Positions 49,819 to 62,769 of a stretch of 64,000 bases of DNA are shown piece after piece (position 1 is the stretch's first letter; each line of letters opens with the position of its first letter). A model generated the notes under the pieces. It had not been told where the DNA came from, searched no databases, and saw nothing but the letters and a program-made list of their open reading frames with translations. The translations under genes were made by a program, and so were the position numbers. This DNA is from Amphiscolops sp. MND2022 (taxonomy: Eukaryota), in the NCBI GenBank assembly GCA_964187785.1, contig OZ076409.1:4094001-4158000 (forward strand), given 5' to 3'.

Positions 49819-51336
49819 ATCAACCGGGAATTTAAAAATAAAATTACATTTATGCACTTTGGGTTTGAGGAGTTCTAAAAGTTTTTGTTTCAGATGTTAT
49901 ATGCATGGGTTTGTTTCATATGTGTTATACATGAGTTGCATGAGTTTCGTTCTGTAGTGTACCATACTTAAGGAGTGAGAACAACCTGAGACGATTTGAC
50001 TTCTTACGTCATAGACGATTCAATTGGTGCAAAAAGGTTCAAGTTCTTTCAGTTTCTTTGACTGACAGTTTTCGATCAAGTTATTGTTGACAACTATTTA
50101 GTATTTCATGTTTCTTTTTCGTATCAGCCATCGGCTTGTTTGAAAAAATTTGCATCAACATGAGTTAGTCAGCATAGAAAACTTTTCAAGTTGAAGAATT
50201 AAAGCGTGAAGTTGTCAATGAGTTGTGAACCAACATTGGCGGGTATGTGAACCAAAAAAGAAGAAGTTTCGAAACGTCAAGGTTCTAGTGAGAGTTCATT
50301 TTCAACTAAAGTGAAGAGTAGAGCAGAAGCAAAAAGTTCAAGAAAGAAAAGAACTTTGTCAATTGCAAGTTTCAAACATTGAAGAACGAGAAGTTAGAGT
50401 TTTGAAAAGTTCAAAAGAAAATTTTGGAAAATTTTTGGGGAATGCTTTTGGGAAGTAAAACAAAAGTGTAGAACATGTTTTGTAAAAGAAACATTTCGTC
50501 AAAAAGCTTAGAAAATTTCTTGTGCTGTAGGTAGGATTTGTGTTCTGTAAAAGATGTGGATTAGAGATATATGTTTGAAGTGTATTATAGATGGAACAAT
50601 AGAATTAGATAAGGTTATGTCAATGTACTATATACAAGACAATGGAAGAGGATAATATTGCGGTTACAAAAGTAATTATAGGTGAATTTTTGTGGGGGTT
50701 AGCAACAGAGGGGGTAATTATAGTACGATTATAGAAGATTAAGATTATATAAGAGTATATAGCACTACGATGAAATGAGGGTTAAGATTATACAGTGTAT
50801 TGGAGTTAGAATTTGATTAGAATAGATTACAATAAGCTATAAGTTATTTAGTTAAGATGAACTATATTTTTACAATTGAGGGTTATAGATTAGTTAAAAT
50901 TGACTATATAGTTCAGTTTGAAAATTGACTCAATTGGAATCACATTGTTTGAAATTTGGAGAAGAGTGCAGTCCATTGGAGTGTGAAGACCAGTCAAGTC
51001 GACGAAGTAGTGACTGCCACAGAGAAAGACCAGTGAAGAGGCAGGTTGAGAAAGAGAAAGATGGTTGTCGTACAGAAAGACCAGTGAAGAGACAGAGTGA
51101 GAAGAAGACCAGTGACGATGACAAGAAGAATGTTGGCAGCGTCTGCGAACCCAGAGTGTGGATGGATGATGTTGACCATCGTGTGGGGGTGTAGTGAAGA
51201 GTGTCAGCATGTGTAGAAGAAGTTCTTTGGAGGAGTGATCAGCAACCACATTTCGGGGCATCATCGAAGAAAATGAAGGAATGAAGACGAAATGCAGTTG
51301 AAGAGTAAATTAAAAGTGAGTAGAAGTTTTTGTAGA

Positions 51337-51752
51337 TTATTGAAACAGAGGATGTTGCGGCGGAGGATGTGCTTGATGCACATGAGGGTCGTAGTATTCA
51401 AGGGTTTGGGTGTACCCAAAATCTTTGAGAACGTTATTGAAGGCTAGGATTGCTTCTTGTATGGCAGTTTTGAAATATTGGTCTTTTGATGTAAATGCAG
51501 AATTTAAAACGAAAACAACATTGGATGCAGTCTCGGAAATTGCGATTTTTGGGCCAGCCAAATGAATGCGAGAGTACTGTTCGAAAGTAATATTTTTCGT
51601 CTTGATCTGGGCAACATTGTAGAGAACTTTGAGAAAAGCAATACTCGTCTTGGGGTGATTTTTTTCTTGTTGATTTCAAGAGAAAGTTTATAAGCCATTG
51701 TATGAAAGATGGCGGCTTTGAGGCTGTGTACTTTTGATTGACTGGAAGTCAT
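51337..51752 (-). pseudogene. Element 3 ORF5 counterpart, frameshifted
   Basis: Overlapping ORFs 51504-51752, 51434-51679 and 51337-51561; N-terminus MTSSQSKVHSLKAAIFHTMAYKLSLEINKKKI. Confidence 0.5.
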
Positions 51753-52073
51753 AGTTATTATATCTTCTATTCAGCGTTGGGGGCCATGACGAGAGTGTGC
51801 TGTAGAAGAAGAAGAAGAAGTGGAGATGTTCTGAAAGAGTATGGAAGGAGGAGGAAGAAGAATGGATGTTTCTAAAACACACGGAGTGTAAGAAGTTTGA
51901 CAACGACAATAGAAGAGAAGTACCATATATAAATGGTGCTAGAATGTATCATACATAGTTTTGTGCTATACTGTCTTGTATGTCTTGTATCATTGTTTTA
52001 TGTGTAGTTTTTAGACATAAATAGTTATTTTTGACATGTACTATAAAAAAGAAGTATGTACTTTAAAGATAGT

Positions 52074-53023
52074 TGTTGGCGCCAGTCAATTGCGAGATCA
52101 GAAACTCAAATTCGAACGTGACTGATGAAACTTACAACTCAAAACACTTAGAAAATTTATCAAGATTTTAGATGGAAAAATACAAGTCTAAGCAAAAATG
52201 ACCCTATGTAAAAAAACACCACCCCCCCCGTCCCGGAAAACCACTGATTCAATCACCTTGAAACTTGGCACACATATAGTGGTGGTGATACACTAACTTT
52301 TCACTCTTAACAACCTACCCCGTATCTCCCCTGGGTTCCGAGCAATTAACACCCAAAGTGACCTAGGTCGGACCCCCTGAAATCCCAATTTTGATATAAT
52401 AATTATTATGTGATTTTCTCATATGACCTTGAAGGAAATTCATCTCTGTTGAAATTAATGATATTTACATTGTGTAAACATACTTTCTAACCCACCTAAC
52501 CAACATGCCAAAACCACCACATTCTTTGTTTACTTAGTCAATAACTTCATTTTATGCTTTAAATGTCATTTATTTATACAACATATTTCAACTGATATTT
52601 GCTTATATTTACTGTAGAATTGTAAACCATATGTATACCATTATTAGATAGAGATTTTCTCCACTGTATAGCTATAGTCAAGTTGGGTCTCAGGACCGCG
52701 AGACTAATTAATCAACTTCTCAATCTTCACAACTTTTCGCTAGTGTCAGAGCGACTAAGTAGCTACTCTCATAGTTGGAGAGCCGGAGCGCGTGAAGATA
52801 CTGTGAGGGAAGTGTGTGCAGGATCACATCGGATCCAATTCAGTGCAAAGCGGAATCGCAGGAGATTCCACGGGTCACATCGGACCCACCAGCCAAAAGA
52901 TACAGTCCTTTAAACAAGAAAACCAGGAATTGTTTAGTGACGGTCCACAGCACTAAGCAACGGATCAGGGCGGCGTAAAGCTTGTCAAGCCTCAGCGCAG
53001 GATAAGGGCAAGCAGCCGTTACA
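52074..53023 (+). repeat. 5' LTR of the BEL/Pao element
   Basis: TGTTGGCGCC...GCCGTTACA. Confidence 0.97.
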
Positions 53024-53025
53024 TT

Positions 53026-53043
53026 TGGTCCGCCGACCCGGAC
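53026..53043 (+). promoter_or_regulatory. Primer-binding site, tRNA-Tyr-like
   Basis: TGGTCCGCCGACCCGGA resembles the TGGTCCTTCGAGCCGGA PBS common in BEL elements. Confidence 0.65.
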
Positions 53044-53162
53044 AACTCGTTGGTGGACGACCCGGACTAGAAGAGGAAGACGAGGACGAAGACGACTCGT
53101 TGGTGGACAACTGAGAAGATTGCCCAAGAAGTACAAGGGTCTGGATCTTGGAGTCTCTGATT

Positions 53163-53354
53163 TGTGTCTCTGGGAGATTGGGCTACTGTGTCTCTGGGAG
53201 ATTGGGCTACTGTGTCTCTGGGAGATTGGGCTACTGTGTCTCTGGGAGATTGGGCAACTGTGTCTCTGGGAGATTGGGCTATTGTGTCTCTGGGAGATTG
53301 GGCTATTGTGTCTCTGGGAGATTGGGCTTTTGTGTCTCTGGGAGTTTGGGCTAT
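53163..53354 (+). repeat. Minisatellite, 8 x 24 bp, in the BEL 5' UTR
   Basis: TGTGTCTCTGGGAGATTGGGCTAY units. Confidence 0.97.
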
Positions 53355-53393
53355 TGTGACTTTGGGAACTGAGTTCAAACAAGAGGAGAAGAG

Positions 53394-56300
53394 ATGGCAG
53401 AACCAAAACGGTTCGATATCAACAAAATCGAAAACTTTCTGAAGAACTCTGCTGACAAAGCCCAAACGTTGAGTTATTGGAATGCAGCTGTCGAACACGG
53501 TAAGACTGTTAAAGTAATTGATGAGAACCTAACTAGCAATGTTGACGACAAGCAGATAGCAGATTTACTGCTAAGACGAACAGATTCCATGAACAGGAGG
53601 GATCGGCTCGTTAAGGCAGTCGAAAATGCGATCAAAGTCAAGTATCAACCGCAGATACCCGAAATCTTCTCAACAGTGAACAAAGAAATGCAGAGCCGAT
53701 TGGCTGAGTTGCAGCAGCAAAGCTCTAGCGTTGGAAGGGTACAAATGCTGATGTCAGCATTGCAAGACGAAAATCAGATACTAAATTACTTGGATCTTGA
53801 CGAAAAGAAACGTGCTATTGATAGACTAATGGATAGCAACAAAAAGTTGCGGGAAGATTCAATCGCAAATGGCAAAATTGTCGACGAAGAAGATTATGCT
53901 GCAGCATGTCAAGAATTGCTGCAGAAACGGTCTGACATTAAAACGAAAATTGAAGATCTGCTGAAGACAGGAGAAGGAGGAGCCATTTTGCGAAGTCTTG
54001 AAGACGCTGAACAAAGACTGGCAGACGTTCGCGCAAGCGTAGCCGCAGACAAATCAAGTAGAAATGGCACTTCACCACAAAAGGAGCCCGAACCAGACGA
54101 GGAGCAGAAAGAAGACAATGGTCATAACGCGGATGACAGCCAAGAGCGAAACAAATGTGCTAGATCATTGCCAATAGACGAATTGAGCATACATTCGCGA
54201 AGTAAAAGAACCAAAAGCAACAAAACGTCTGTGATTTCAAAAACATCTAGTGCACGACGATTTCTCGATTTGGAGCTGAAATCTTTGAAAGAACAAGAAG
54301 AACTTCAAACCCGCCTAGAGAAACTGAGACGTGAAGCAAACGAAGTTAAGATAGCTAGCTTGCAAGATGAGATGGTTAGCGTGCAAGAGGAGATGGCCCG
54401 CAAAGCCAAAATTGCTGAAAAGGAACTACAATTGGCGCAAGTGTCGAGTAGTGATGGGTCTAGCTTCCGAAGTATCTCACCAGTCGGGACTCCAGATGAC
54501 AATCTGACGAAAGTCTCAGGATGGATGGACAAGACAGAAGAAGCTGAAAACGTGGCATTGACGACTAACGTGCCATCTGTATACCAGCAAACGTCCATCT
54601 CAGCACCAGTGATTACAGTACAATCGATGCAAGGAGGACAATGCTCCGCGCTAGTGAGGGACTTGAGTCCTCCAGTGAAACCGACTATATCAACCGAAGC
54701 CGCTAGTCGAGGTATTGGAAAGCACAGAACAAAGACTGTCATAGATGCTGTCAGTCAAAGAGCAACAGCACAACCAGAAGTGAAATTCGCCCCATCGAAG
54801 CCGTCGATGACTCTCAGTGCAGACCCGAATTGGTTACCGCCTACGTTTGGAGGCATCCAGAGTGGTGCATTTCAAGTACCACAGCTTGCGAACACACAAA
54901 AACAGTATTTGCCCAGTCAAGGACCAAACTTTGCCTCAAATGCAAAAGATGACTACTACATCAGATCTAGCTTGCCAAAATTGAAGTTGGCAGAATTCTC
55001 AGGTGACCCATTGGAGTGGCCAGAGTGGTCACAACTATTCCAAGCAACCGTCCATGCAGCGAACATAGACGACAGTGTAAAAATGAACCACCTGAAAACA
55101 ATGGTCACGGGAAAAGCGAAAGAGGCTATTGCTGGTCTGGGTTACACTGCTGAGATGTACAATGTGGCGTGGAACGTTCTAGTTCGAAACTTTGGAAAAC
55201 CTCAAATGGTTGTGAACGCCCAGTTGAAGCGAATCTATTCCTTCCCCTCGATGAAACCTTATGATGGAACCGCATTGATCAAGTTTGCAAGAATAGTGTC
55301 GAGTTGCGTGAATGTTTTGACACAATTCAATTACGTGGGAGACCTAAACTCAGAAGGAGTTTTAGGCAGTGCCACAAGGAAGTTAACACTGGACACGAAA
55401 ACGAAGTGGCTCACTTATGTCAAGCAAATGAGCCTGTGTCAACCTGGACTAGCTGTGTTCAGTGAATGGCTTAATGATATAGCAGATGTTCAAGACGAAT
55501 TGCTTTTGTCTTCAAACCCGAATGCTGATCGCGCGAAGTCGAACTACAAGGAAAAGGCCAAAGGCTCCACGTTTGCCACATCAACAACAAACACAACCAG
55601 TGACAACTCAAAATACCAGCGAGAGTGTGCGCTGAAAGATGGCAAACATCCAATATGGAAATGTGAGAAGTTCAAGAAGATGAACGTCGAAGAAAGAGGA
55701 CAAAAGGCGAAAGAGCTGAAATTGTGCTTCAAATGCTTGTCAGACGCACATCAGATGAGAAATTGCTCTGGTAGACTCTGCGATGTGAATGGTTGCGGAA
55801 AACCTCATCACAGATTGCTACACAGAACATACAAGAACGTGGAACAAAAGAAAAATGTTGAAAATGTTGATGAGGTCTCCAACCTGTCCTCAATGAGAAG
55901 CAGTGGAGTGCTTCCAGTCATTCCAGTATTGATAGGGAGTGGGAGCAAAACTGTGAAAACGTTCGCTTTGTGCGACTCTGGAGCAAGCCTGTCCTTTGTG
56001 GACGAGAGCCTGATGAAAGCGCTAAATCTGACGGGACAGCCAGTGGAATTGAATGTTGCAGGGATTCATGGAACGTCAGATATTAGTAGCAAACGACTTC
56101 GAGTCAGGATTGGAGATCAGGACGGAAAAGTCAAAGAAGATATCATGGCCTATAGTCATCCCGACGTAAATGCAGGAAATCGAACGTACAACCTCAAGAA
56201 ATTGAAGGAAGAATATCCACACCTGTCAGTGCTGAAAGATTCTACCATCAACCTGAAAGATGTGAAAGTCATCTTGGGCCAAGATTGCTACCACTTGCAT

Positions 56301-59300
56301 AGAGCAATCGACTATAGAAAGTGTGGAAACGCCAAGCCCTGGGCAGTGCGAACGAAGCTGGGATGGATGCTCAGTGGACCATTGCCTCAGCAAGAGACAG
56401 CAAAGCTCGCAACTGAAAGTCTAGTTGCAGCAGAAGTGGACCCGTTAGCGGATCAAGTGAAGTCTTGGTGGAGCATGGAATCGTATGCTTCCAATTGCAG
56501 CGTATCCGGTAGGTCCAAGGAAGACGAGCGAGCCCTCGAAATGCTCAAAGCAACCACGAAGTTCGACGGAAAGAGATACGAGGTCGGGCTACTTTGGAAA
56601 AATGCAAAGCCGCATTTGCCAAACAATTACAGTTCGGCAGTAAGTCAATTGAAGTCTCTCGAGCGCCGACTGGAAAAGGATGCGAACTTGAAACAACGCT
56701 ACAAAGAGACAATTGATGTGGACGTACAAAAGGGCTTTGTGCGAGTTTTGGACGAAGCAGAGCTTGAAAACACTAATTCAGACCTTCAGTGGTATGTTCC
56801 GCATCTCCCTGTGCTGAACCCGAACAAGCCGGACAAAGTGAGACGAGTGTGCAACGCTGCCTCAAAGTTCGGAGGTGTTTCGCTGAATGATAACTTGATG
56901 GCCGGTCCAGACCTCCTACAATCGCTGATAGGAATTATCTTCAGATTCAGGGAAAAGGAAATCGCCCTGACAGCAGACGTCGAAGCAATGTTTCTCCAAG
57001 TGAAAGTACCCCCTACTGATTGCAGAGTACTGAGATTTTTGTGGAGAGAAAACCACACTGACCCTATCTCTGTGTATGAATATGGAAGACACATTTTTGG
57101 AGCCAAGAGTTCGCCAACATGTGTCAACTACGCTTTGCAACAAGTCGGACGAGACAGCAGAGATGACAATGGGATGGTTGCAAAGTTGATCGACAGAAAC
57201 TTCTATATGGACGATTTTGTGAAGTCAGTAGCTTCAGGGGAAGAAGCTGTAGAAGTGTACAAGTGCTTGCGAAAATCCTTAGCGGATCGTGGCTTTCAAC
57301 TAACGAAATGGATCTGCAACTCAGAGAAAGTAATGGAAGAAATTCCTTCTGAAGATAGATCAGTCGCGCTAAGCAAAACATTCGAAGCTGAACCCTTGGC
57401 ACCCTCTATCTTGGGACTCCAGTGGAATGTGGAGTCAGACAGTCTTGAGATTTGCCGCGGTACGGGAAAAGAGGTGCCTGTCAAGATCACTCAGAGAATT
57501 GTTCTATCTCACGTATCCTCTGTGTTTGACCCGTTGGGATTGTTTTCCCCCTTCACAGTGAGAATGAGATTGTTGCTCAAAGGAATTTGGAAGAAGCATG
57601 GGCAATCGTGGGACGAACAAGTTTCTCCAGAAGACGAGATTGCTTTCAAGGATTGGGCATCGGAGTTGAGTCACATGAATGAAATGGCTATCAAAAGAAA
57701 GTATTTATCGAAAAATGCTGAAGTAGTGGACTTGCATATTTTCGCCGATGCGTCCCTGGAAGCAATGTGCATAGTTGCCTACTTTCGAGATCAACAAACT
57801 GGAGAGCTTGCCTATGTGGTAGGGAAATGCCGAGTAGAGCCAATGAAGCAACAATCAATTCCCCGACTAGAGCTACAAGCAGCTATGTATGGAACCCGAT
57901 TAAAACAACTGATCGTAGACGAACACGACATTCAAACTGAACGAACTTTCTTTTGGACGGACTCGACAACTGTTTTGCAAAGGTTGCATGGAGCTGACAA
58001 GAAACAACCGGTGTTTGTAGCGAACAGAGTCGCCGAAATCCTTGACAGTTCAACCATTGATCAGTGGAGACATGTCGAAGGAACCTTAAATCCAGCCGAC
58101 ATTGGGACAAGAGGAAAATTGGTTCTTGAACTAGAAAAGAGTGAGTGGTTCACAGGGCCGGCATGGCTTCGAGGGAAAGAAGATGCTTGGCCACAAACTT
58201 CACCACAGTTGTTCCAGCAAAAAACAGAAGACATAGAACAAGTCTTTGAAGTCGGGTCAGAAGAAAAGGACATTGATTGGGAGAAGTTCGGTTCTTTCAG
58301 ACGAATGACCCGCATCTTCGCCTATTGCCTTCGGTTCAAATCAAAAATCAAAGGAAAAGTGGTGATAACAGAAGAAATGCAGCTAGTGATCCGACTGTTA
58401 CTGCGGAAGAGCCAGATGGAAAGTTTTGGTCCAACATATCAAGCATTGGCAGCAGGTAAACCAATGGCTGCATCTGATCACTTGAACAAACTGTCACCAT
58501 TTATGGACGAACAGAACCTCATGCGATTAAGAGGACGACTACGTCATGCTGACGCGAGTTATGAAATGAGACATCCAATTTTGCTGTCTGCAAAGCATTC
58601 AATAGTGAGGAAATTGATTGAAGATGCGCATGAAAGTAACTATCACGAAGGAACAGAGTATGTTCGCAGCATTTTGCAGCAAAATTACTGGATAATTGGA
58701 CTCCGAAACGCGCTCAGAAATGTGAAGTTGAAGTGTGTTAAGTGCAGAAAGCAACAAGTTGGAGGAGTTCAACCTTTCATGGCAGACTTACCTAAAGAAA
58801 GATTGGAAGAAAGAGTTTTCCCTTTTGCCAATACTGGAGTAGACTATTTTGGACCATTCGAAGTGAGATTCATGAGGAAATCAATGAAACGGTGGTGTTG
58901 TCTATTCACATGTTTGACAACAAGAGCTGTGCATGTTGAAGTTGTGCCCAGCCTTGAAGCCGACGCATGTCTTGCTGCAATTACGAGATTCATCGCAAGA
59001 AGAGGAAAACCCAACGTCATTCTAAGTGACAATGGAACAAATTTCGTGGGCGCAGCAAGAGAGATGCGAGAATGGATAGAAGCTTGGAATCAATCAGACA
59101 TTGAGCAGTCTTTGGCTCTAAAGCAAATAAAATGGAAGTTCAACCCCCCAGGAGCTCCGCATTTTGGAAGTGTTTGGGAGCGAATGGTTAGAAGCTGCAA
59201 GAAAGCTATGATGGCAATAGTCGGAAACAGAACACTGACAGATGATGTATTATTCACAACAATGTGCCTGGTCGAGCAGATATTGAATTCGAGACCTCTG

Positions 59301-59797
59301 ACTAGTGTCAGTGATGATCCTGAAGATTTGGAAGCTTTGACTCCAAACCACTTCCTGCTAGGACGCGCAAGTCCAGCAACCCCATTTATTCCTGACGCTC
59401 AGCGATATACAGATCTGAGAAGAGTATTCAGAGTATCACAAGCATACGCAGATATGATCTGGAGCAGATGGAATAGAGAATATTTACCCCAATGGAATGA
59501 GAGATCTAAATGGAACAAAGAAGAAGTTCGACAACTAGAAGTCAATGATTTGGTTTGGATAGTGGATGAGAATGTGAAAGAGCACACTACAAGATGGGCA
59601 GAGTGTTGGAAGTCTATCATGGAAGCGATGGGCGAGTGAGATCAGCGCTGGTGAAAACTGAAGATGGAAAACTGAAACGACCAGTAGTGAAACTGGCACC
59701 CATGTTCTACGAAAGTGTTTTTCAGGAGAAAAACAGGGCCGGCAATGTTGGCGCCAGTCAATTGCGAGATCAGAAACTCAAATTCGAACGTGACTGA
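53394..59797 (+). CDS. BEL/Pao Gag-Pol polyprotein (Gag, zinc knuckles, PR, RT, RNase H, IN), with a frameshift near the C-terminus
   Basis: LPKLKLAEFSGDPLEW; CFKCLSDAH..C..CGKPHHRLLH; LCDSGAS; FYMDDF; IFADAS; GVDYFGP, SDNGTNF, WERMV. The true C-terminus (MGRVLEVYHGSDGRVRSA) is in another frame after about 59580. Confidence 0.95.
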
Positions 59798-60694
59798 TGA
59801 AACTTACAACTCAAAACACTTAGAAAATTTATCAAGATTTTAGATGGAAAAATACAAGTCTAAGCAAAAATGACCCTATGTAAAAAAACACCACCCCCCC
59901 GTCCCGGAAAACCACTGATTCAATCACCTTGAAACTTGGCACACATATAGTGGTGGTGATACACTAACTTTTCACTCTTAACAACCTACCCCGTATCTCC
60001 CCTGGGTTCCGAGCAATTAACACCCAAAGTGACCTAGGTCGGACCCCCTGAAATCCCAATTTTGATATATTAATTATTATGTGATTTTCTCATATGACCT
60101 TGAAGGAAATTCATCTCTGTTGAAATTAATGATATTTACATTGTGTAAACATACTTTCTAACCCACCTAACCAACATGCCAAAACCACCACATTCTTTGT
60201 TTACTTAGTCAATAACTTCATTTTATGCTTTAAATGTCATTTATTTATACAACATATTTCAACTGATATTTGCTTATATTTACTGTAGAATTGTAAACCA
60301 TATGTATACCATTATTAGATAGAGATTTTCTCCACTGTATAGCTATAGTCAAGTTGGGTCTCAGGACCGCGAGACTAATTAATCAACTTCTCAATCTTCA
60401 CAACTTTTCGCTAGTGTCAGAGCGACTAAGTAGCTACTCTCATAGTTGGAGAGCCGGAGCGCGTGAAGATACTGTGAGGGAAGTGTGTGCAGGATCACAT
60501 CGGATCCAATTCAGTGCAAAGCGGAATCGCAGGAGATTCCACGGGTCACATCGGACCCACCAGCCAAAAGATACAGTCCTTTAAACAAGAAAACCAGGAA
60601 TTGTTTAGTGACGGTCCACAGCACTAAGCAACGGATCAGGGCGGCGTAAAGCTTGTCAAGCCTCAGCGCAGGATAAGGGCAAGCAGCCGTTACA
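59746..60694 (+). repeat. 3' LTR of the BEL/Pao element
   Basis: Near-identical to 52074-53023; preceded by the purine-rich GGAGAAAAACAGGG tract. Confidence 0.97.
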
Positions 60695-60840
60695 ATAGTC
60701 CTGAGATTTCATTCAGAAAGCAAGATATTATTTTGATTAAGTAGGTAAAAACGTGTATACTTTTGATATAGTGTCAAAGATGTATCATAGAGTGTACCAG
60801 AGAAGAAAAATTAGGAAATTTGTATTACCTGTAGGAGAGT

Positions 60841-62253
60841 TTAATGAAGATTAGTTGAGTTAAAAAGAGTAGTTATAGTTTCCAAAGCAGATTGAATTGC
60901 TTGGGATGATTGGGTGATGCGTTGAGAGTCTAAATCGAGTGTCTGAAGAAGTTTGTGTGTTCTGTCATAGCAGTGTAGTATATGTGTGAGTGTTGTGATA
61001 GGTGTTTCAGAGGAGTTTCGTTTATAGGGTTCAAGTAAATTTGTCATGTCGCGAAGTGTTCGGTTATTCAGTACAGGGGAAAGTTTGTCAGGAGCGTTTT
61101 TTATAGGTGAAGAGTGTGATTTATGTTCAGTTTTTTGTTCAGCTTGTACCATAAAAGAAATAGTTTTTGCAGAAGTGAAGAGAAGTTCATTGTAGGAATA
61201 CGTTTGCTTGTAGAGTGCTGTATAGTAAGTTCTATCTTTATCGTCAAGTGGAGAAGATACTAGGTGTTTAATGACAGTGAGAGGTTTGACAATTTGAGTA
61301 GGAATGCTGCAAGGCAACAAAAAGTCATCGTAATATATGAGGTATTCTTGAGGTACAATAAGTGGACGTGAAGTATTATTGTACGGAAGCAAACAGAAGT
61401 ATTGTTTTATAGGGTCATAGTTTCGAAGGTAGCCTGTGATACAAGAGTGGTCAAGAGTGTACATATTTGTCATTGTGAACGGTGATGTATATTTGTAATT
61501 GACGAAAATGTGATTTTGTGGTTTCGTGTATTGTAGAAATTTAGTATACGTTTGATGATGAGTAGCTTTTTGTGAAATAGAAAGGAAAGATGGATCGGAT
61601 TCATCTGTTTTGAGATCGTAGGTAGAAGGACGGAGAAAATTGAATTGTAGAGAGAAAATTTTGACTCCATTATCAAGCCAATATTGGTATGGACCCATTA
61701 TTTTGGAGGCAATTGATGTGAAAAAGGCTTGATTTTTGTCATATAAGCGAAATGAATAATCAGTAGGGTGCATATAGAGAGAAGTCAGTTGTGCTTTAAA
61801 GACGAAATCGCCATTAGAAAGAAGTGGGAACAAATGATCATCACGATTCGTACAAAGTGAAATTTTTGAAGGTATTGAAGGAGGATATATTGGTGAAGAA
61901 AGAAAGACTGGATCTTTCATAATTTCATATCGCTTTTTTGGAGGAGGTGGTGTTGTTCGTGTATGATCAGTATCATCTTGTGAAGGAGCAGGTTGTGAAT
62001 TTTCGTGTTCAATTTTTGTGTTTTCCATTTGTTCAAGAAAAGTTGGAGGTGTTTGTTCAGAAGTCTCGATATAGAGAACAGGAGAATCATGTAAAAGATG
62101 TCTAGTTATGAGATCTGTTGGGGTTGTTTGTTCAAGCTGTGTTTGTAGATCAAGTTGTGCCTGTTTTTGTAAGTCAAGTTGTGCTTGTGTCATTGTGTTT
62201 AAAGGAAAAACATCAACAGTCACAGTGTTATCTATTTCAAGAGGCCTTAGCAC
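60841..62253 (-). CDS. Element 3 ORF4 homolog, 470 aa, unknown function
   Basis: Intact ORF with extensive similarity to 39150-40442. Confidence 0.85.
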   Translation of the reverse strand: MLRPLEIDNTVTVDVFPLNTMTQAQLDLQKQAQLDLQTQLEQTTPTDLITRHLLHDSPVLYIETSEQTPPTFLEQMENTKIEHENSQPAPSQDDTDHTRTTPPPPKKRYEIMKDPVFLSSPIYPPSIPSKISLCTNRDDHLFPLLSNGDFVFKAQLTSLYMHPTDYSFRLYDKNQAFFTSIASKIMGPYQYWLDNGVKIFSLQFNFLRPSTYDLKTDESDPSFLSISQKATHHQTYTKFLQYTKPQNHIFVNYKYTSPFTMTNMYTLDHSCITGYLRNYDPIKQYFCLLPYNNTSRPLIVPQEYLIYYDDFLLPCSIPTQIVKPLTVIKHLVSSPLDDKDRTYYTALYKQTYSYNELLFTSAKTISFMVQAEQKTEHKSHSSPIKNAPDKLSPVLNNRTLRDMTNLLEPYKRNSSETPITTLTHILHCYDRTHKLLQTLDLDSQRITQSSQAIQSALETITTLFNSTNLH

Positions 62254-62769
62254 TTTAAAGTTAAAGTACTTTAAATGACACTAACGAGTGGATTTATCAA
62301 CGTTAGTTGAAGAGTTTTTGAAGACTGTTATGATGAGAGATGTGTTATTGGATTGAGGAAGATGAACTTCTGCAAGGGTTTCAAGCGGTGGAGGAGTAGC
62401 AATTGTGAAAAGATGAAGTAGTAGGCGAGTGTGCAGGAAGAGAGTTTGCAAAAACTGAGAAAGTGTTCAAGAAGATGGAGGAGGAAAAGGATAGTTTATC
62501 CGTGAATAGATTTTAATTGGTGTATCCGTAGTAGAGGTGACAAAATTGGTCATTAAAGTGTCATGTTGAGTAGTTAGATTGTCATTCGGATGAAAGTTTT
62601 TATGAGTATAATTAGGAAGTGGAGGATGTTGAACAGGAAAGAAAGGAAGTGGAGCAGTTTTTTGGTGGGATTTGTGGTGTCGTTTCGGAAACAAGTTAAA
62701 TTTAGGAAATTGAATTTTGTTTGGACGTTTAGTATAGAAAGGTGGAGGGGAAGTAACATCAGTAGAATG

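Larger units (their letters stand above)
52074..60694 (+). mobile_element. Full-length young BEL/Pao LTR retrotransposon
   Basis: 950/949-bp TG..CA LTRs with only 2 differences seen, ATAGT target-site duplication, PBS, and a 2081-aa polyprotein. Confidence 0.97.

Noticed and set aside
52240..52290. Helentron/HINE-like CTTGAAACTTGGCACACAT motif inside the BEL LTR
   Set aside because: Short similarity only; no termini or hairpin could be defined.
52683..52913. 76-aa ORF duplicated at 60354-60584
   Set aside because: Identical only because it sits in both LTRs; non-ATG start.
52840..53498. Repetitive ORFs in several frames (HSSPISQR, DTVAQSPR, LLCLWEIG)
   Set aside because: By-products of a stop-free 24-bp minisatellite; the frame matching the polyprotein is closed by TGA at 53370.
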